From: Eledone cirrhosa
Lineage: Eukaryota
Length of the DNA: 64,000 nucleotides
Assembly (NCBI GenBank): GCA_964016885.1
Contig: OZ024752.1
Location: forward strand, 39,556,001 to 39,620,000
Direction: 5' to 3'
Positions 1-14,070 of this stretch are shown one piece after another (positions within the stretch are counted from its first letter, which is position 1; the number at the start of each line of letters is the position of its first letter). A program made the position numbers and the translations under genes. Under the pieces are notes generated by a model. That model did no database searches, was not told the DNA's origin, and worked only from the letters and a program-made list of their open reading frames with translations.

Positions 1-377
1 AAATGGAAATTATATTTATAAAACCATATTTATTTCATTATACATATTTCAAGGACACCAAGTCATATTATGGTGCGCTTTCATCAGATAAAATATAATA
101 TAGATCAGTTTTATAAATAAATATTGACATACCCTTAAAGAATGCGACCATTTCTGTTGATTTATAAAACTGATCTATATTATATTTTATCTGATGAAAG
201 CGCACCATAATTTGACTTGGTGTCCTTGAAATATGTATATTGAAATAAATATGGTTTTATAAATATAGTTTCCATTTGTTAATATATCGTATTTTTACTC
301 CAATAATTTGTTGAGTGGTTTATATCAGTTATAAAAATATTTGCTTGTTGTATCCCAACAAATTAAATATAACTTCT

Positions 378-378
<1 letters not shown>
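1..378 (+). mobile_element. Family A hammerhead-bearing PLE-like pLTR element with inverted duplication (arms 1-118/160-277, tail to 378)
   Basis: Near-perfect palindrome; ends in (CA)(TA)n; homologous to 15019-15437, 17493-17972, 29825-30172. Confidence 0.75.
183..247 (+). ncRNA. Minimal type I hammerhead ribozyme, family A (antisense twin at 31-95)
   Basis: UAUUUUAU-CUGAUGA-stem II (AAG..GCACCA/UGGUGU..CUU)-GAAA-UAUGUA-UA-(A/U)UGAAAUA. Confidence 0.75.
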
Positions 379-447
<69 letters not shown>

Positions 448-1351
448 GTATTTTACCTTAATTCTTGCGTTCTAGTCTAAGGTATAAGTTGAATATGTCC
501 TTGAGCAAGACACTTTATTTCATATATATATATATATATATGACGGCGAATTAGCAAACTCGTCAGGACTGTTTCATTCAAAAGAAATCCTCTGATGAAT
601 TCTTTTGAATGAATCAGTTCTAGTCCCGTAGAAGCCATTTCTATATTAAACTTCATTTTTAGCACTCTAGAAATATATTGAGTACCTTACTAACTGTGGT
701 TACCCCCCATTGAGCCCGGGACTCATATATATATATATATATATATAAAACGAAGGAAGTGTGGTAAGGAACCAGGTGGACCATAACGCACCAGAGTACC
801 CGATACTATGGGTAGTAGAGTGGGTAATAGGAAAAGAGTCAGGATCCGAAGGCCGGAGCTCAGCCGTCGGGGTCCTGACGATCAAATTGGAGTTCTAGGA
901 AGTATCGATTTCTTTGAACTCGCTTTCCAACATTGTGCTGCTAGCAATAACAGCTGGGTCATTTTCGTGAAAGAGGCTCTCTCCAAATGTAATTTTCCAG
1001 TTTCTCATTTCTATTTGCTATGATGAAATTTCCTATTTCATGCATCAAAGAAGCATAGTAGCGTTACCAACAGTGTTTCTTTCCTTAATATCAATCGGGA
1101 ATATACTCCTATAAGTCCTTGCCGTCTCCTATAGTAGCCATCCCTTTTTTTAATCAGGGCGAGAGCCTGGACTTTTTATGGAGGGGTTCACCTCGATGAT
1201 ACCGTTGAGTGGATTGTCTTTTGGACAGAGGATTACAATGCAAGACCTTAGATCTGAAATCAAATCCTCACAGGGTCTATTTTGCTTGCTTTTCAAGCTA
1301 GAAAACTATCGTTTCTGTCGTTCAGTCACATACAGCAAACTTAATATTTAA

Positions 1352-1572
1352 CCCTTTAGCATTTAAACAGACCATATCCGGCCAGAATTCTCCCACTTTT
1401 TTTTGTTTAATCAGACCATAAGTAGTTGCTTATAGTTATTTTAAGGTATTGTTCTCAAAATAAATAATATCAAAATCTCATAGATTCGATATTATGTGAG
1501 ATAATTATGTGAAGTAAAGTCTTTACTGTGAAAATACAATAGTATATATAGAGTAATGTAAATGCTAAAGGG
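1352..1572. mobile_element. piggyBac-type MITE
   Basis: TTAA flanks, TIR CCCTTTAGCATTTA...TAAATGCTAAAGGG; further copies 34465-34683, 61712-61932, 62946-63153. Confidence 0.85.
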
Positions 1573-2699
1573 TTAAAAGGAAACACTAAAAAATCAGTGG
1601 ATTTATATGTTTAAAAATGGATTATTATGGCAAATATTCACTTAAGGATTAAATATTCACTAAAGAATTATTGTGAAGTGACAGAATTGACTGAATTAAA
1701 AGCGTTTTACTAGATACATTCAGTATCCAAAACACACAATTCTGTATATAGAGTGTTCGGGGCTGGCTTAACCTTTTATCTATCCCGAATTAGTAAAATA
1801 AATGCCGTTAATATTTATATTTTTGCAAGTATTGTTTTTGTGTTTAGTTAAAAGAAATGATGATATTTTTTATTACAAAAGTACTATAAATTAAAGTTAA
1901 GCTCTTGATAAATAAAATCTGCAATTCGAATCTTATTTCTAGCTGCAATCATTTTACCCATATGTCACTAAAAAAGAGGTCAATTATTAGAGCACTTGCG
2001 GTGATTGTTCTAGCCCTTTGCATTCTAGGTTTAAATACCGTCAAAATCAACTTTGCCTTTAATCCATTCCGAGTCTATATATAAAGTACCAATAGTGTTG
2101 AAGTCGATTTTCCTCACTCATCTTCCTCATTCATTTTCTACACAGTGCGCTGTGAGGGATCACTCTTAGTTTGAAGGATGGTTAAGCTAAATATTAATAA
2201 TTGTTTCTACTTTTGGCACAAGGCCAGCAATTACCCAGTGTATTACTGGTACTTTATTTTATCGACCCCGTAAGGATGAAAGGCAAAGTTAACCTCGGCG
2301 GGAATAGTCGTCGATTGTACGTCACACAACGATTGCAGCTGTCACTAACTCTCTTAGAACTTCACATTTACCTCATCCTAATAGTTTGATGTTCATTCAC
2401 AAATATTGCCTATAAACACCTTCTACTTAATAATTGCCTATATAGATTATCATTGGATTTTATTGTTTACGTTAAAACATGATTAGTTTGGTGTTCATTG
2501 GTGATGCCAAATGAAATAATTCTACTCCCAGCAACTTATCTTAGAATATAGAAATATTAGATGACTGCTAACGATAGTAGTTTTGAAGTTCTAAATAAGA
2601 TATGCTTGAAAAATATCAATATTAAAATCAGTATCATTTACTCTTAAACTGTATTACAACACCACTAAACGTACACCATATCAAATTATACCACTACAC

Positions 2700-2865
2700 C
2701 AGGGTTTCCCAAACTTTTTCAAACGAGGAACCTGTTTTGGTTCAGAAACTTTTGCGGGAACCCCAAAGTCTAATACTGTTATATGGTCGAAATATAAATA
2801 TACTCCGCTACCTTTTATTCACGGGACCCGAGACACTCCTTGCGGAACCCACTTTGGGAACCACT
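2700..2865. mobile_element. hAT-type MITE
   Basis: CAGGGTTTCCCAAA...TTTGGGAACCACT ends, 8-bp TSD CACTACAC on both sides. Confidence 0.75.
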
Positions 2866-2885
2866 CACTACACTATGCTCTCTTT

Positions 2886-3990
2886 ATGGTCTTTGATAAT
2901 TATATATATATCTTTCCTAATTAGGGTTTTTGATAATTATATATGTATTTCCTAATTATGATTTTTGATAATTATATATGTATTTCTCAATTATGGTTTT
3001 TGATAATTATATATGTGTCTTTCCCAATTATGGTTTTTGATAATTATATATATGATTTCCCAATTATGGTTTTTGATAATTATATATGTCTTTCCTAAAT
3101 ATGGTTTTTGATAATTATATATGTCTTTCCTAAATATGGTTTTTGATAATTATATATGTCTTTCCTAAATATGGTTTTTGATAATTATATATGTCTTCCC
3201 TAAATATGGTTTTTGATAATTATATATGTCTTTCCTAAATATGGTTTTTGATAATTATATATGTCTTTCCTAAATATGGTTTTTGATAATTATATATGTC
3301 TTTCCTAAATATGGTTTTTGATAATTATATATGTCTTCCCTAAATATGGTTTTTGATAATTATATATGTCTTCCCTAAATATGGTTTTTGATAATTATAT
3401 ATGTCTTTCCTAAATATGGTTTTTGATAATTATATATGTATTTCCCAATTATGGTTTTTGATAATTATATATATGTCTTTCCCAATTATGGTTTTTGATA
3501 ATTATATATATGATTTCCCAATTATGGTTTTTGATAATTATATATGTCTTTCCTAAATATGGTTTTTGATAATTATATATGTCTTTCCTAAATATGGTTT
3601 TTGATAATTATATATGTCTTTCCTAAATATGGTTTTTGATAATTATATATGTCTTCCCTAAATATGGTTTTTGATAATTATATATGTCTTTCCTAAATAT
3701 GGTTTTTGATAATTATATATGTCTTTCCTAAATATGGTTTTTGATAATTATATATGTCTTTCCTAAATATGGTTTTTGATAATTATATATGTCTTTCCTA
3801 AATATGGTTTTTGATAATTATATATGTCTTCCCTAAATATGGTTTTTGATAATTATATATGTCTTTCCTAAATATGGTTTTTGATAATTATATATGTCTT
3901 TCCTAAATATGGTTTTTGATAATTATATATGTCTTTCCTAAATATGGTTTTTGATAATTATATATGACTTTCCTAATTGTGATTTTCGAT
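2886..3990. repeat. 35-bp minisatellite (ATGGTTTTTGATAATTATATATGTCTTTCCTAAAT), about 31 copies
   Basis: Direct tandem repetition, degenerate at both ends. Confidence 0.95.
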
Positions 3991-4372
3991 AGTTATGAGT
4001 AGCCTAGTTTTCATAATAGGTACATCGTATTCTAGCATGTCATAAGAGGCGATTAAAAGAGTTGACATCAGGAGGATCATCATGTTATTAAAACATTTTC
4101 TCAAAACAATCCGTCCCATTCTTTTAAGTAAGGCATGTAAAACAATCCATCTCATTCTTTTAAGTAAAGCATTTAAAGCTCTGAATAAAAAGGCGATGTG
4201 AAGTTGATATTTATACCACTTTAATGAATCGTAAGCAATCGTGTTGGAACGTGTATTTAAAATACATGTCCACTTGACATGTTTTTCCGAATCATCAGCT
4301 GCTCGAGTTGTTGTTTAGTTTCAGGTCAGCTCTGACCGAGCAGACCTCTGATCAAATATCTTTCAGCTGTAT

Positions 4373-4950
4373 TTGGCAGTATCGGTAGAGGGTCGGACGC
4401 CATGCTTTGACGCATAGAGTTACGGCCCTTGCCATTCTGAGTTCAAATCCCGCCGAGGTTAACTTTGCCTTTCATCCTTACGGGGGTCGATAAAATAAAG
4501 TACCAGTAATACCCTGGGTAATTGCTGGCCTTGTGCCTAACGTAGAAACAATTATTGTTAATGGCATGGATTGGCAGTATCGGTAGAGGGTCGGACGCCA
4601 TGCTTTGACGCATAGAGTTACGGCCCTTGCCATTCTGAGTTCAAATCCCGCCGAGGTTAACTTTGCCTTTCATCCTTACGGGGGTCGATAAAATAAAGTA
4701 CCAGTAATACCCTGGGTAATTGCTGGCCTTGTGCCTAACGTAGAAACAATTATTGTTAATTGCATGGATTGGCAGTATCGGTAGAGGGTCGGACGCCATG
4801 CTTTGACGCATAGAGTTACGGCCCTTGCCATTCTGAGTTCAAATCCCGCCGAGGTTAACTTTGCCTTTCATCCTTACGGGGGTCGATAAAATAAAGTACC
4901 AGTAATACCCTGGGTAATTGCTGGCCTTGTGCCTAACGTAGAAACAATTA
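4373..4950 (+). mobile_element. Three tandem copies (198-bp period) of the dominant ~190-bp tRNA-derived SINE
   Basis: TGGCAGTATCGG A-box-like, GAGTTCAAATCC B-box, core GCCTTTCATCCTTACGGGGTCGATAAAATAAAGTACCAG; the three units are essentially identical. Confidence 0.9.
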
Positions 4951-5397
4951 TACATCTTGTCTTTTTATAATCTGTTTGCCCCGCTCATTGTATACTTTAT
5001 TCAAAGCCGGTAGGATGTAATTAAGGAAGATTCGATTGCTATTTCTATCAGGTCGATCGCTCACTTAGAGACTCTCTGAAATAACTGTAGCTATGTGATG
5101 ATATAATTGAATAAACAAGAGAGATGAACACTAATATAAATATACTTGTGTTCGAATCATAAGGACCAAGTTTGCTAGGGTGAAAAAATACTAACTACAG
5201 CAATATGGTTTGTCAGAATTAATTTTAAATATTAAATTAAGAAAAATAACAGACCTATATTGGGCAAATCGCCTTGATATTAATTTTTCATCTTGGGGTG
5301 TTGGGGCAGTCTGTAGACACATTTTGTCCATGGAAACTACAACTGCAAAATCACTCTTTAATATTTAATTAAATTTTACATATGGGAACATTATTTT

Positions 5398-5572
5398 GTA
5401 TCGGTAGAGGGTCGGACGCCATGCTTTCCAGCATAGAGTTACGTCCCTTTACGATCTGAGTTCAAATCCCGCCGAGGTTGACTTTGCCTTTCATCCTTAC
5501 GGGGTCGATAAAATAAAGTACCAGTAATGCACTGGATAATTGCTGGCCTTGTGCCTAAAGTAGAAACAATTA
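5398..5572 (+). mobile_element. Dominant SINE copy (about 30 copies or fragments across the window, both strands)
   Basis: Same consensus at 11357, 12266(-), 12462(-), 13218(-), 16809, 22934, 23313(-), 28430, 28826(-), 32572-33141(-), 36906(-), 38470(-), 48257, 49316, 49786, 51166, 55234, 59977(-), 60778, 61513. Confidence 0.9.
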
Positions 5573-6456
5573 TTTTTTACTAATACCCTATTTATTCATA
5601 ATCCTGAGCCAAGTATTTATATACATAGTAGAAAGTTTGAAGAGAAAGAAATGCAATTAATCGACATGATAGGCTGCCAGCTTCTGGCTGAAGTTTGTCT
5701 TCCATTATCAGCACTACACAGCGTCCATGGCCAAAATTTTAAATTTTGTTGATTCACTCAAATTGCTGTAAATATTAGGTACAGTTTACCACCGTAAAGA
5801 GTGCTATGATTCGAAGGGACCTCTGTCGGTTTCGATGATGAAAATTCAAGTTGTTCGATCAACGGTAACAATCTACTGAAATTCATGTGTAAATGAGTGA
5901 GCATTACACAGACACGTGTAGCTTCAATGTAATTCTCAGGGAGTTTGAATGTGACACAGACAAGGTCGACCCTTTGAATTACAGTTACAGTCTATCCGTA
6001 GGTCTTCTATATAATTTCCATCGACCCAGTTTCACTCACAAGACATGGATCGACCAAATATTTCATACAGTGGGATTAAACTGGTGACCTAATAATTGTG
6101 AAGTGAACTTCTTAATTGTTCAGCCATATCACACCCGCCTCTATAATTAGTAAATGGTTTATTTACTCTCAGTTCGTAGATCTACCTGCAGCAACTTTCT
6201 GATCTTTGAGCTACACATTCTATTAAGTAATGTTACTCCAACGACCCTTCGGGGGAACCCCATTCCGGCTGCTTGTATTAGTTTGTATGGCAGAGCGACA
6301 AACTAAATGCTTGGCTTTATTCTGTTATGTAATTTTTTGTTTTCAATTCAGAATCCGCAGCCAAGCTCTTCTGTTGATATAAATAAGTGTACTTCTCTTC
6401 CAAAATCTGTCACTATGCACATGAATTAGAAAATATTATCCAATATCTATAATATA

Positions 6457-6930
6457 CTAGCAGAAAAACCACCCTTCGGGTGGTTTTCTGCTAGCATGTG
6501 TAGTGTGTATATTGATATTATACACAAGTATATATACATGTAGATATGATACATCAAATAAAATCGTAATTGACAATATACACAGAAATTGAACGAAGAC
6601 TGTGTTACACTGTCTTATGAATCAGTAACGTCATTGAAAAAAGACGATATTATATATAAACTGCATTAGGAGAAAATTAGTGACGGAAATATATGTATGT
6701 TTATTTAAGCGATCGCTAACCGGAAGTATTGACATTTGAAAATTTTAAAGAAGTGAATCTTTAAATAAGCTATAAAATATATTTAATCAACAGCCACGAA
6801 ATTTAGTAGATAAATTATGTAATATTCATTCATTATTTATTCAAAGTAATCCAACTTATTTTACAAACGGGGTAAAAAATAAAATATATAAATATATTCT
6901 GGATGCAGTCCCGCACTCCTTTCTTTATTA
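6457..6930 (-). mobile_element. Non-autonomous Helitron-like element (second copy 47816-48520)
   Basis: Terminal GC hairpin CCACCC-TTC-GGGTGG about 10 nt from CTAG; long homology between the two copies. Confidence 0.55.
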
Positions 6931-7182
6931 TAGTTTAGATTGTGTATTAACACTATAATAAACCAGGAGGAACGTCGTCTTTCGGGCATTTTCTCCTAGA
7001 TTATGTCTCCCTTCCCAAATCTTTAAAATTATCTTTAAACTTATAAGATAGTGAAATATAAAAATGAAAAGAAAACGTTCGGAAAAACAGTTTTTAGGCA
7101 TTTATAAGAAAGATGAAATAAATTTTGAAATAACTTTTGGACATTTATAAGAAATATCGGAATTTACAAAATAGCAAAACTT

Positions 7183-8443
7183 GAAAAACACTTCGAGTAC
7201 TTCTTGCTATATGTGAAAAATACTCCGAGTACGTCTTCTATATGTGAAAAATATTTCGAGTACTTCTTGCTATATGTGAAAAATATTTCGAGTACTTCTT
7301 GCTATATGTAAAAAATACTTCGAGTACTTGTTGCTATATGTGAAAAATATTTCAAGTACTTCTTGCTATATGTAAAAAATACTTCGAGTACTTGTTGCTA
7401 TATGTGAAAAATATTGAGTATTTGTTGCTATATGTGAAAAATATTGAGTATTTGTTGCAATATGTGAAAAATTTTGAGTACTTCTTGCTATATGTGAAAA
7501 ATATTTCGAGTACTTCTTGCTATATGTGAAAAATACTTCGAGTACTTGTTGCTATATGTGAAAAATATTGAGTATTTGTTGCTATATGTGAAACATTTTG
7601 AGTACTTGTTGCTATATGTGAAAAATATTTCGAGTACTTGTTGCTATATGTGAAAAATATTTCGAGTACTTCTTGCTATATGTGAAAAATACTTCGAGTA
7701 CTTGTTGCTATATGTGAAAAATATTGAGTATTTGTTGCTATATGTGAAAAATTTTGAGTACTTGTTGCTATATGTGAAAAATATTTCGAGTACTTCTTGC
7801 TATATGTGAAAAATATTTCGAGTACTTCTTGCTATATGTGAAAAATACTTCGAGTACTTGTTGCTATATGTGAAAAATATTGAGTATTTGTTGCTATATG
7901 TGAAACATTTTGAGTACTTGTTGCTATATGTGAAAAATATTTCGAGTACTTGTTGCTATATGTGAAAAATATTTCGAGTACTTCTTGCTATATGTGAAAA
8001 ATACTTCGAGTACTTGTTGCTATATGTGAAAAATATTGAGTATTTGTTGCTATATGTGAAAAATTTTGAGTACTTGTTGCTATATGTGAAAAATATTTCG
8101 AGTACTTCTTGCTATATGTGAAAAATATTTCGAGTACTTCTTGCTATATGTGAAAAATACTTCGAGTACTTGTTGCTATATGTGAAAAATATTGAGTATT
8201 TGTTGCTATATGTGAAACATTTTGAGTACTTGTTGCTATATGTGAAAAATATTTCGAGTACTTGTTGCTATATGTGAAAAATATTTCGAGTACTTCTTGC
8301 TATATGTGAAAAATATTTCGAGTACTTCTTGCTATATGTGAAAAATATTGAGTATTTGTTGCTATATGTGAAACATTTTGAGTACTTGTTGCTATATGTG
8401 AAAAATATTTCGAGTACTTGTTGTTATATGTGAAAAATATTTC
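7183..8443. repeat. 30/32-bp minisatellite (ATATGTGAAAAATATTTCGAGTACTTCTTGCT) with 156/312-bp higher-order period
   Basis: Variant marker AAACATTTTG recurs at 7591, 7903, 8215, 8371. Confidence 0.95.
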
Positions 8444-8828
8444 CTTCGTTCGGTAAATTTCCAATAGCAGTATATTCATGACAGCAAAAATGACAAAAAG
8501 GTGAATCTAAAGGTATGAGCTCCTCGAAATGGGATGGTTCTTCTAACGCATCTCCTTTACCATCCTCCGGGGAAACGCCTTCCCCATTCTGTCCGCCGGG
8601 GCCGTGGGGGTGGCCATCACGTGGGACCCCATTTGCTCATAATACAGAGAGATGGGGGGAGGGGGCGAGAGATGGAAGAAATGACAGTGGGGGTTCGGTT
8701 CTTCCATGATCGGACACATCAATTCCATGTTGCTGTTGATACTTAAATATCCGACCATTCAGCAGTTTAAAGACAGAGCCTGGAAGAGGGAGAATAAAAA
8801 CAGTAAAGAGTAAGCTATGGGTCTAAAC

Positions 8829-9124
8829 CAGTCATGGGTAACCTGCGGCCCGCGAAGCTTTCTGTATGGCTCGCCTAAGTCACCTAAGTGAAATCTTTCT
8901 GAGTTTTTTGCCCCAACTTTTCAGTCGTAATTTATCTTTCTATCATTTTTACGATCGAGGAAAACAACGTGTACGAATTCTGAAGAAACAAATCAAAACA
9001 ACCTGAGTTACGGTCCCTTTTTTTTTTTTAATGTGAGCACGAATGTAAATTAGCACTTGTGGACCGCCTGATGATGAGCTGTATCTCATGCGACCCGCTT
9101 CTCGAAAAAGGTTGCCCATGCCTA
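8829..9124. mobile_element. hAT-type MITE
   Basis: Imperfect TIR CAGTCATGGGTAACCT/AGGTTGCCCATGCCTA, TSD GTCTAAAC/GTCTAAAG. Confidence 0.8.
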
Positions 9125-10654
9125 GTCTAAAGCGAAGGTGGAATTCAAAATAATACAAGTAACATTTTTATTGAATTATATATAATTTTTTTCAGAATTA
9201 CCAGCATTTTAGATTGATTGAAAAGTGTTACAGTTTTGGTTATATATATAGATATACATGCTTTAGCATTAATATATAAAAGATGTGTGTGAACGGATTC
9301 ATCATTTGGTGAATGCATTATATCAATATGTATAACGGTAAATATTCCTTTATCTACAACACTATAGCCAGTTGATTAACATATAGCAATCCGGTGTATT
9401 CTACCAGTTAGTAGAGTGAATATCTCTTGTTCCGTCGGTTACATTAATGAAGAGCTATTTGGCATCGTGTAACGTCGAAAAGGTATAGTGTTTTTGTCAC
9501 AAAATCTCTGCAATATCTACAAGGGAATTTCACGGACATACCAATATAAAAATATGTTTGTGTTTATCACAAACAAAAAACGTAATTATACTTGAATGTT
9601 TGACTTGGAAAACTTTGCACTCCAGACGATATTCTAGTTTATATATTATATTATCTAATTTTCTTTGTTTTTGTATATAGAGGGCTAATTGGTAGAGTCG
9701 TTAGAACGTCGGATAGAATGCTTTGTGGTATTACTTTCGACTATCTGCTCTCTGAGTTCAAATCCCATCGAGGTCAAGCTTGCTTTTCCGCCTTTCGAAG
9801 TCGAAAATAAAAGTACCAGTCAGGTACTAGGGTCGATTCTTTCTCTATATTTCTTTCTCCCTTCCGTTTACTCTCACTCTTTACCCTTCCATGGAAGCAA
9901 TCTACAGTATTCAGACCTAGAGAGGAGATGAGCACCACTAGGTTTGCCGCTCCTAGGACTCCCCGGGACCATTCATCTATGCATATATAGGGCTAAATTG
10001 TTCAATGTGTTCTTCTTAATCCAAGACAGTAGGGTGTGCTTTGAGGGAACTTGGCTGCTAGTTTTAACAGGTCGAGTGACCAAACAAAGTTCTTTGCTCG
10101 AAGTAAACTTAGTTGCTCTTATATAGCCCCCAAATCTTGTTTACCAGAAATGAACTCCTCCTTCCTTTCGACTTTCTATTTAATTCATTCAGCGATCTGG
10201 TCGGTGTAAGAGGTAGTGTGAGGTATGATAGATGACGAGATAAAATATTGGTAAGGATTCGGTTACATATATAGATATATTTACGCAAGCTCCATTATAA
10301 TAAGAATTTTAGATGTTTACCTCACCCCAAAAAGTAAGAATTGTTCACATGTTTGAACATCTTTCTCTTGTTACTACATTCCTTCTTTATGCCTACAGAA
10401 AATTGATCGTTCTATTTTGCTGTTAAGCAGCATTTTGTCATACTTTAAAATATGGAACAACTCCATATTGCAAAGTCCGCAGTGGGCCATTCCATTACTG
10501 TAGTTTTAGATGTTTACTTCACCCCAAAAAGTAAGAATTTTTCACATGTTTGAACATCTTTCTCATATTACTACATTCCTTCAAGTCTAGTGATAAAAGA
10601 CTGACAGTAGTTAACCACAGCAACATCTGACTGAAAAAATGACAAGTCAGTCAA

Positions 10655-10875
10655 TCATATCGGTGGCCTCCCCACAGCCACGGCGGACAGAATGGAGAAG
10701 GCGTTTCCCCGGAGGACGGCAAGGGAGACGCGCTGGAAAAGCCATTCCAATTCGCGAGACTCACACCTGCGACTGGCCAGCTCAGCGCCTATGGTGGTGA
10801 GTAGGGAGGTAGCCCTAGGGCCGAGGAAACCAGAAGTCTCCACTGCCAAAGGTACGACTACAAACCTGTCGAATT
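10655..10875 (-). mobile_element. CRE-clade non-LTR retrotransposon 3' fragment (RLE endonuclease C-terminus)
   Basis: Translates PLAVETSGFLG...RVSLAVLRGNA; homologous pieces at 8513-8700, 14236-14300, 20445-20770. Confidence 0.7.
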
Positions 10876-13537
10876 ACTAAGTGTAAATTCATAAACTTTT
10901 AATACTTCAAAACGTATAATTTTTTTTATAGTTTATTAAACACTTCTGACTAATATATTTGAGATAGTACATAATTGATACTTTATTTATTTATTATATC
11001 AAGAATAAAATAAAATCTAGCTTAGTTTCAACAGCCCCTCGCCACCACACATCATTGAAGAAGAATTCACGTGAGCTTCAATGTGACCATTGAAGACACC
11101 ATAAGGATTGTCAATGATTTCTCACATAGACCCAAGGTCACACACACTTAGCTATATCTACATATATGTAGCGCAAGCAATTTTGATTTTCACATCCTTC
11201 TCAACAACGCATGGGAAATGAAATAGTTTCTACTAAAACTAAAACTTAATAACTGAAATGGTCTCTTCCGGATTGTTGCTATTGTTGTTGTTTAGATTTA
11301 AGTCAGCTCCGAGAGGGTTGATCAATGACCACTCGTTATTATTTCAGGAGTTATTCAGGCGGTGGATTGGCAGTATCGGTAGAGGGTCGGACGCCATGCT
11401 TTCCAGCATAGTTACGTCCCTTTACGATCTGAGTTCAAATCCCGCCGATGTTGACTTTGTCTTTCATCTTTACGGGGTCGATAAAATAAAGTACCAGTAA
11501 TGCACTGGGTAATCGCTGGCCTTGTGCCTAAAGTAGAAACAATTATTTCAGGAGTTATGGCCCTTTATGATCTGAGTTCAAATCCCGCTGAGGTTAACTT
11601 TGTCTTTCATCTTCACGGGGTCGATAAAATAAAGTACCAGTCCCCCCCCCAAAAAAAAAATAATTGCTGGCCTTGTTCTTAAATCAGAAACCATTATTTC
11701 AAGAACAGTAGGGCAGTGGATTGGCAGTACCAAAAATGTACTGGGGTCGATTTAATCGACTTTCCTCTCCCCTAAAATTGTTAGCTTTGTGCCTAAATCA
11801 GAAACCAATATTTCAAGCATAGTACGGAAATTGGTGTCTGTTTGATGAAAGCTTCACCTCCATTCTTTAACTGGCTCAATCAATTGACTGCCACACAAGA
11901 GCATGCACATACCCTAACTTCTGGGTCTCGAAAAATCGCCCCCGTTTATTAATTTTTCAGATGTTTTCCAGCCCCACTCTAATCAATCTCCGGTGAAATT
12001 TTCTTTATACATTAAAAAACATTATACACGACAAAAGAGAAAGAATATTACAAGAAATCCCATACGTTATAAAATAAATAGGATGGGTTAGGGTCTCAAT
12101 ATGTAAACTAAACGACTAATTCTGGTTTAAAAAAAAAAAAATCAACGGAGACAACCTAGAAAAATTATCAATTTTCCATTCCCCCAGCTTATTCTACCAC
12201 CACACCCCTATTGCTTAGGACCTAAGCGTACCTGTGTTTATACATATAAAATATCTACTAGTGAAATAATTATTTCTACGTTTGGCACAAGGCCAACAAT
12301 TATCCCAGTGTATTACCGGTGCTTTATTTTATCGACCCCGTAAGGATAAAAGGCAAAGTTAACCTCGGCAGGATTTGAACTCAGACCGCAAAGGGACGTA
12401 ACTATGCTGGAAAGCATGGCGTCCGACCCTTTACCCTTACTGCCAATCCACCTACTAGTGAAATAATTGTTTATACTTTTGGCGCAAGGCCAGCAATTAC
12501 CCAGTACATTACTGGTACTTTATTTTATCGACCCCGTAAGGATGAAAGGCAAAGTTAACCTCGGCGGGATTTGAACACAGATCGTAAAGGGACGTAACTA
12601 TGCTGGAAAGTATGGCGTCCGACTCTCTACCGATACTGCCAATCCACTGAAATAATGTTTTGTTACAATATTCAGTACATTGCAAAGTAACCCGGAGATA
12701 AGATGAAGTTTAACGCCTGCCTTGCCCATGACAATACGACAGTAAAGGAAAATACAAAATAAAAATGGAAATCATGCATTGTGATATATTTTTCAGTTTC
12801 TTTTCAAAACTTGACAAACAGGTTTTTACATTAATTTGCATCAATGCTTGAAAATGTCTACGTCTTATTGGAAACGAAACAATTGTATTCTAGTTTTTAA
12901 TTTATTTTATTTTTCTTCTCCTCCTAAACACCTACTTGTCCACTAATTTCTTTTAGGCGTTTTCTTTTTTTAATATTTAAGTTGCTAAGGAGGTCGTGAC
13001 AAATTCGGTAGCGCGTCAAACAAAATTACTTGCAGTGTTTAGTTGCGTCATTTTACGCTCTGAATCCGATTCTTACCGAAGTCGTCATTTTATTTTACTC
13101 GTTTAAAAGCGTTGAAGTATATACCGGGCAAGCGCTGGTTTTGATATAATCGTCTAAACATACCCACAAAATCACAAATTCTACCGATACTGCCAATCCA
13201 CCGCCGTTTAAAATTAATAATTGTTTTTACTTTTGGCACAAGGCCAGACATTATCCCAGTGTATTACTGGTACTTTATTGTATCGACCCCGTAAGGATAA
13301 AAGGCAAAGTTAACCTCGGCGGGATTTGAACTCAGACCATAAAAGCCCGTAACTCTTTGCTGCAAAGCATGGCGTCCAGCCTTCTACCGATACTGCCAAT
13401 TCACCGCCATTTAAAATTAATAATGTTGCTGAGGATGACAAGGATTGTCATACTGAAGTATTTGTGAATTTGTATATGTTTAGAATTAATAATGTTGCTG
13501 AGGACGATAAAAATGTGGCAATCTAGTACTGGGGTGA

Positions 13538-14070
13538 ATTCTTCCGCTATATCTCTTTCTCACCTCATCTCTCTCACTTTCTTTATCCTTCTTTGGAAGA
13601 AATCTGCTGTGTTCAGACCTGGAGAGGAGATGAGCTCCGCCAGCTTTAAAAGTACCCTAAAATTCCCATATACCAATACGACGCCGTTACGACTCCATCA
13701 GGAGCTACGGGGCTATTCTTCCGCTATATCTCTTTCTCACCTCATCTCTCTCACTTTCTTTATCCTTCTTTGGAAGAAATCTGCTGTGTTCAGACCTGGA
13801 GAGGAGATGAGCTCCGCCAGCTTTAAAAGTACCCTAAAATTCCCATATACCAATACGACGCCGTTACGACTCCATCAGGAGCTACGGGGCTATTCTTCCG
13901 CTATATCTCTTTCTCACCTCATCTCTCTCACTTTCTTTATCCTTCTTTGGAAGAAATCTGCTGTGTTCAGACCTGGAGAGGAGATGAGCTCCGCCAGCTT
14001 TAAAAGTACCCTAAAATTCCCATATACCAATACGACGCCGTTACAACTCCATCAGGAGCTACGGGGCTAT
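13538..14070. repeat. 177-bp unit x3 tandem duplication of a dispersed repeat
   Basis: 59-aa periodicity in ORF track; single diverged copies near 9840, 30979, 53966. Confidence 0.9.

Noticed and set aside
9064-9112. CTGATGA...GAAA as a hammerhead
   Set aside because: Inside a hAT MITE; stems I and III cannot be formed
13425-13470. CTGAGGA-hairpin-GAAG as a hammerhead
   Set aside because: Extra bases before the GAA, GAAG instead of GAAA, no stem I partner
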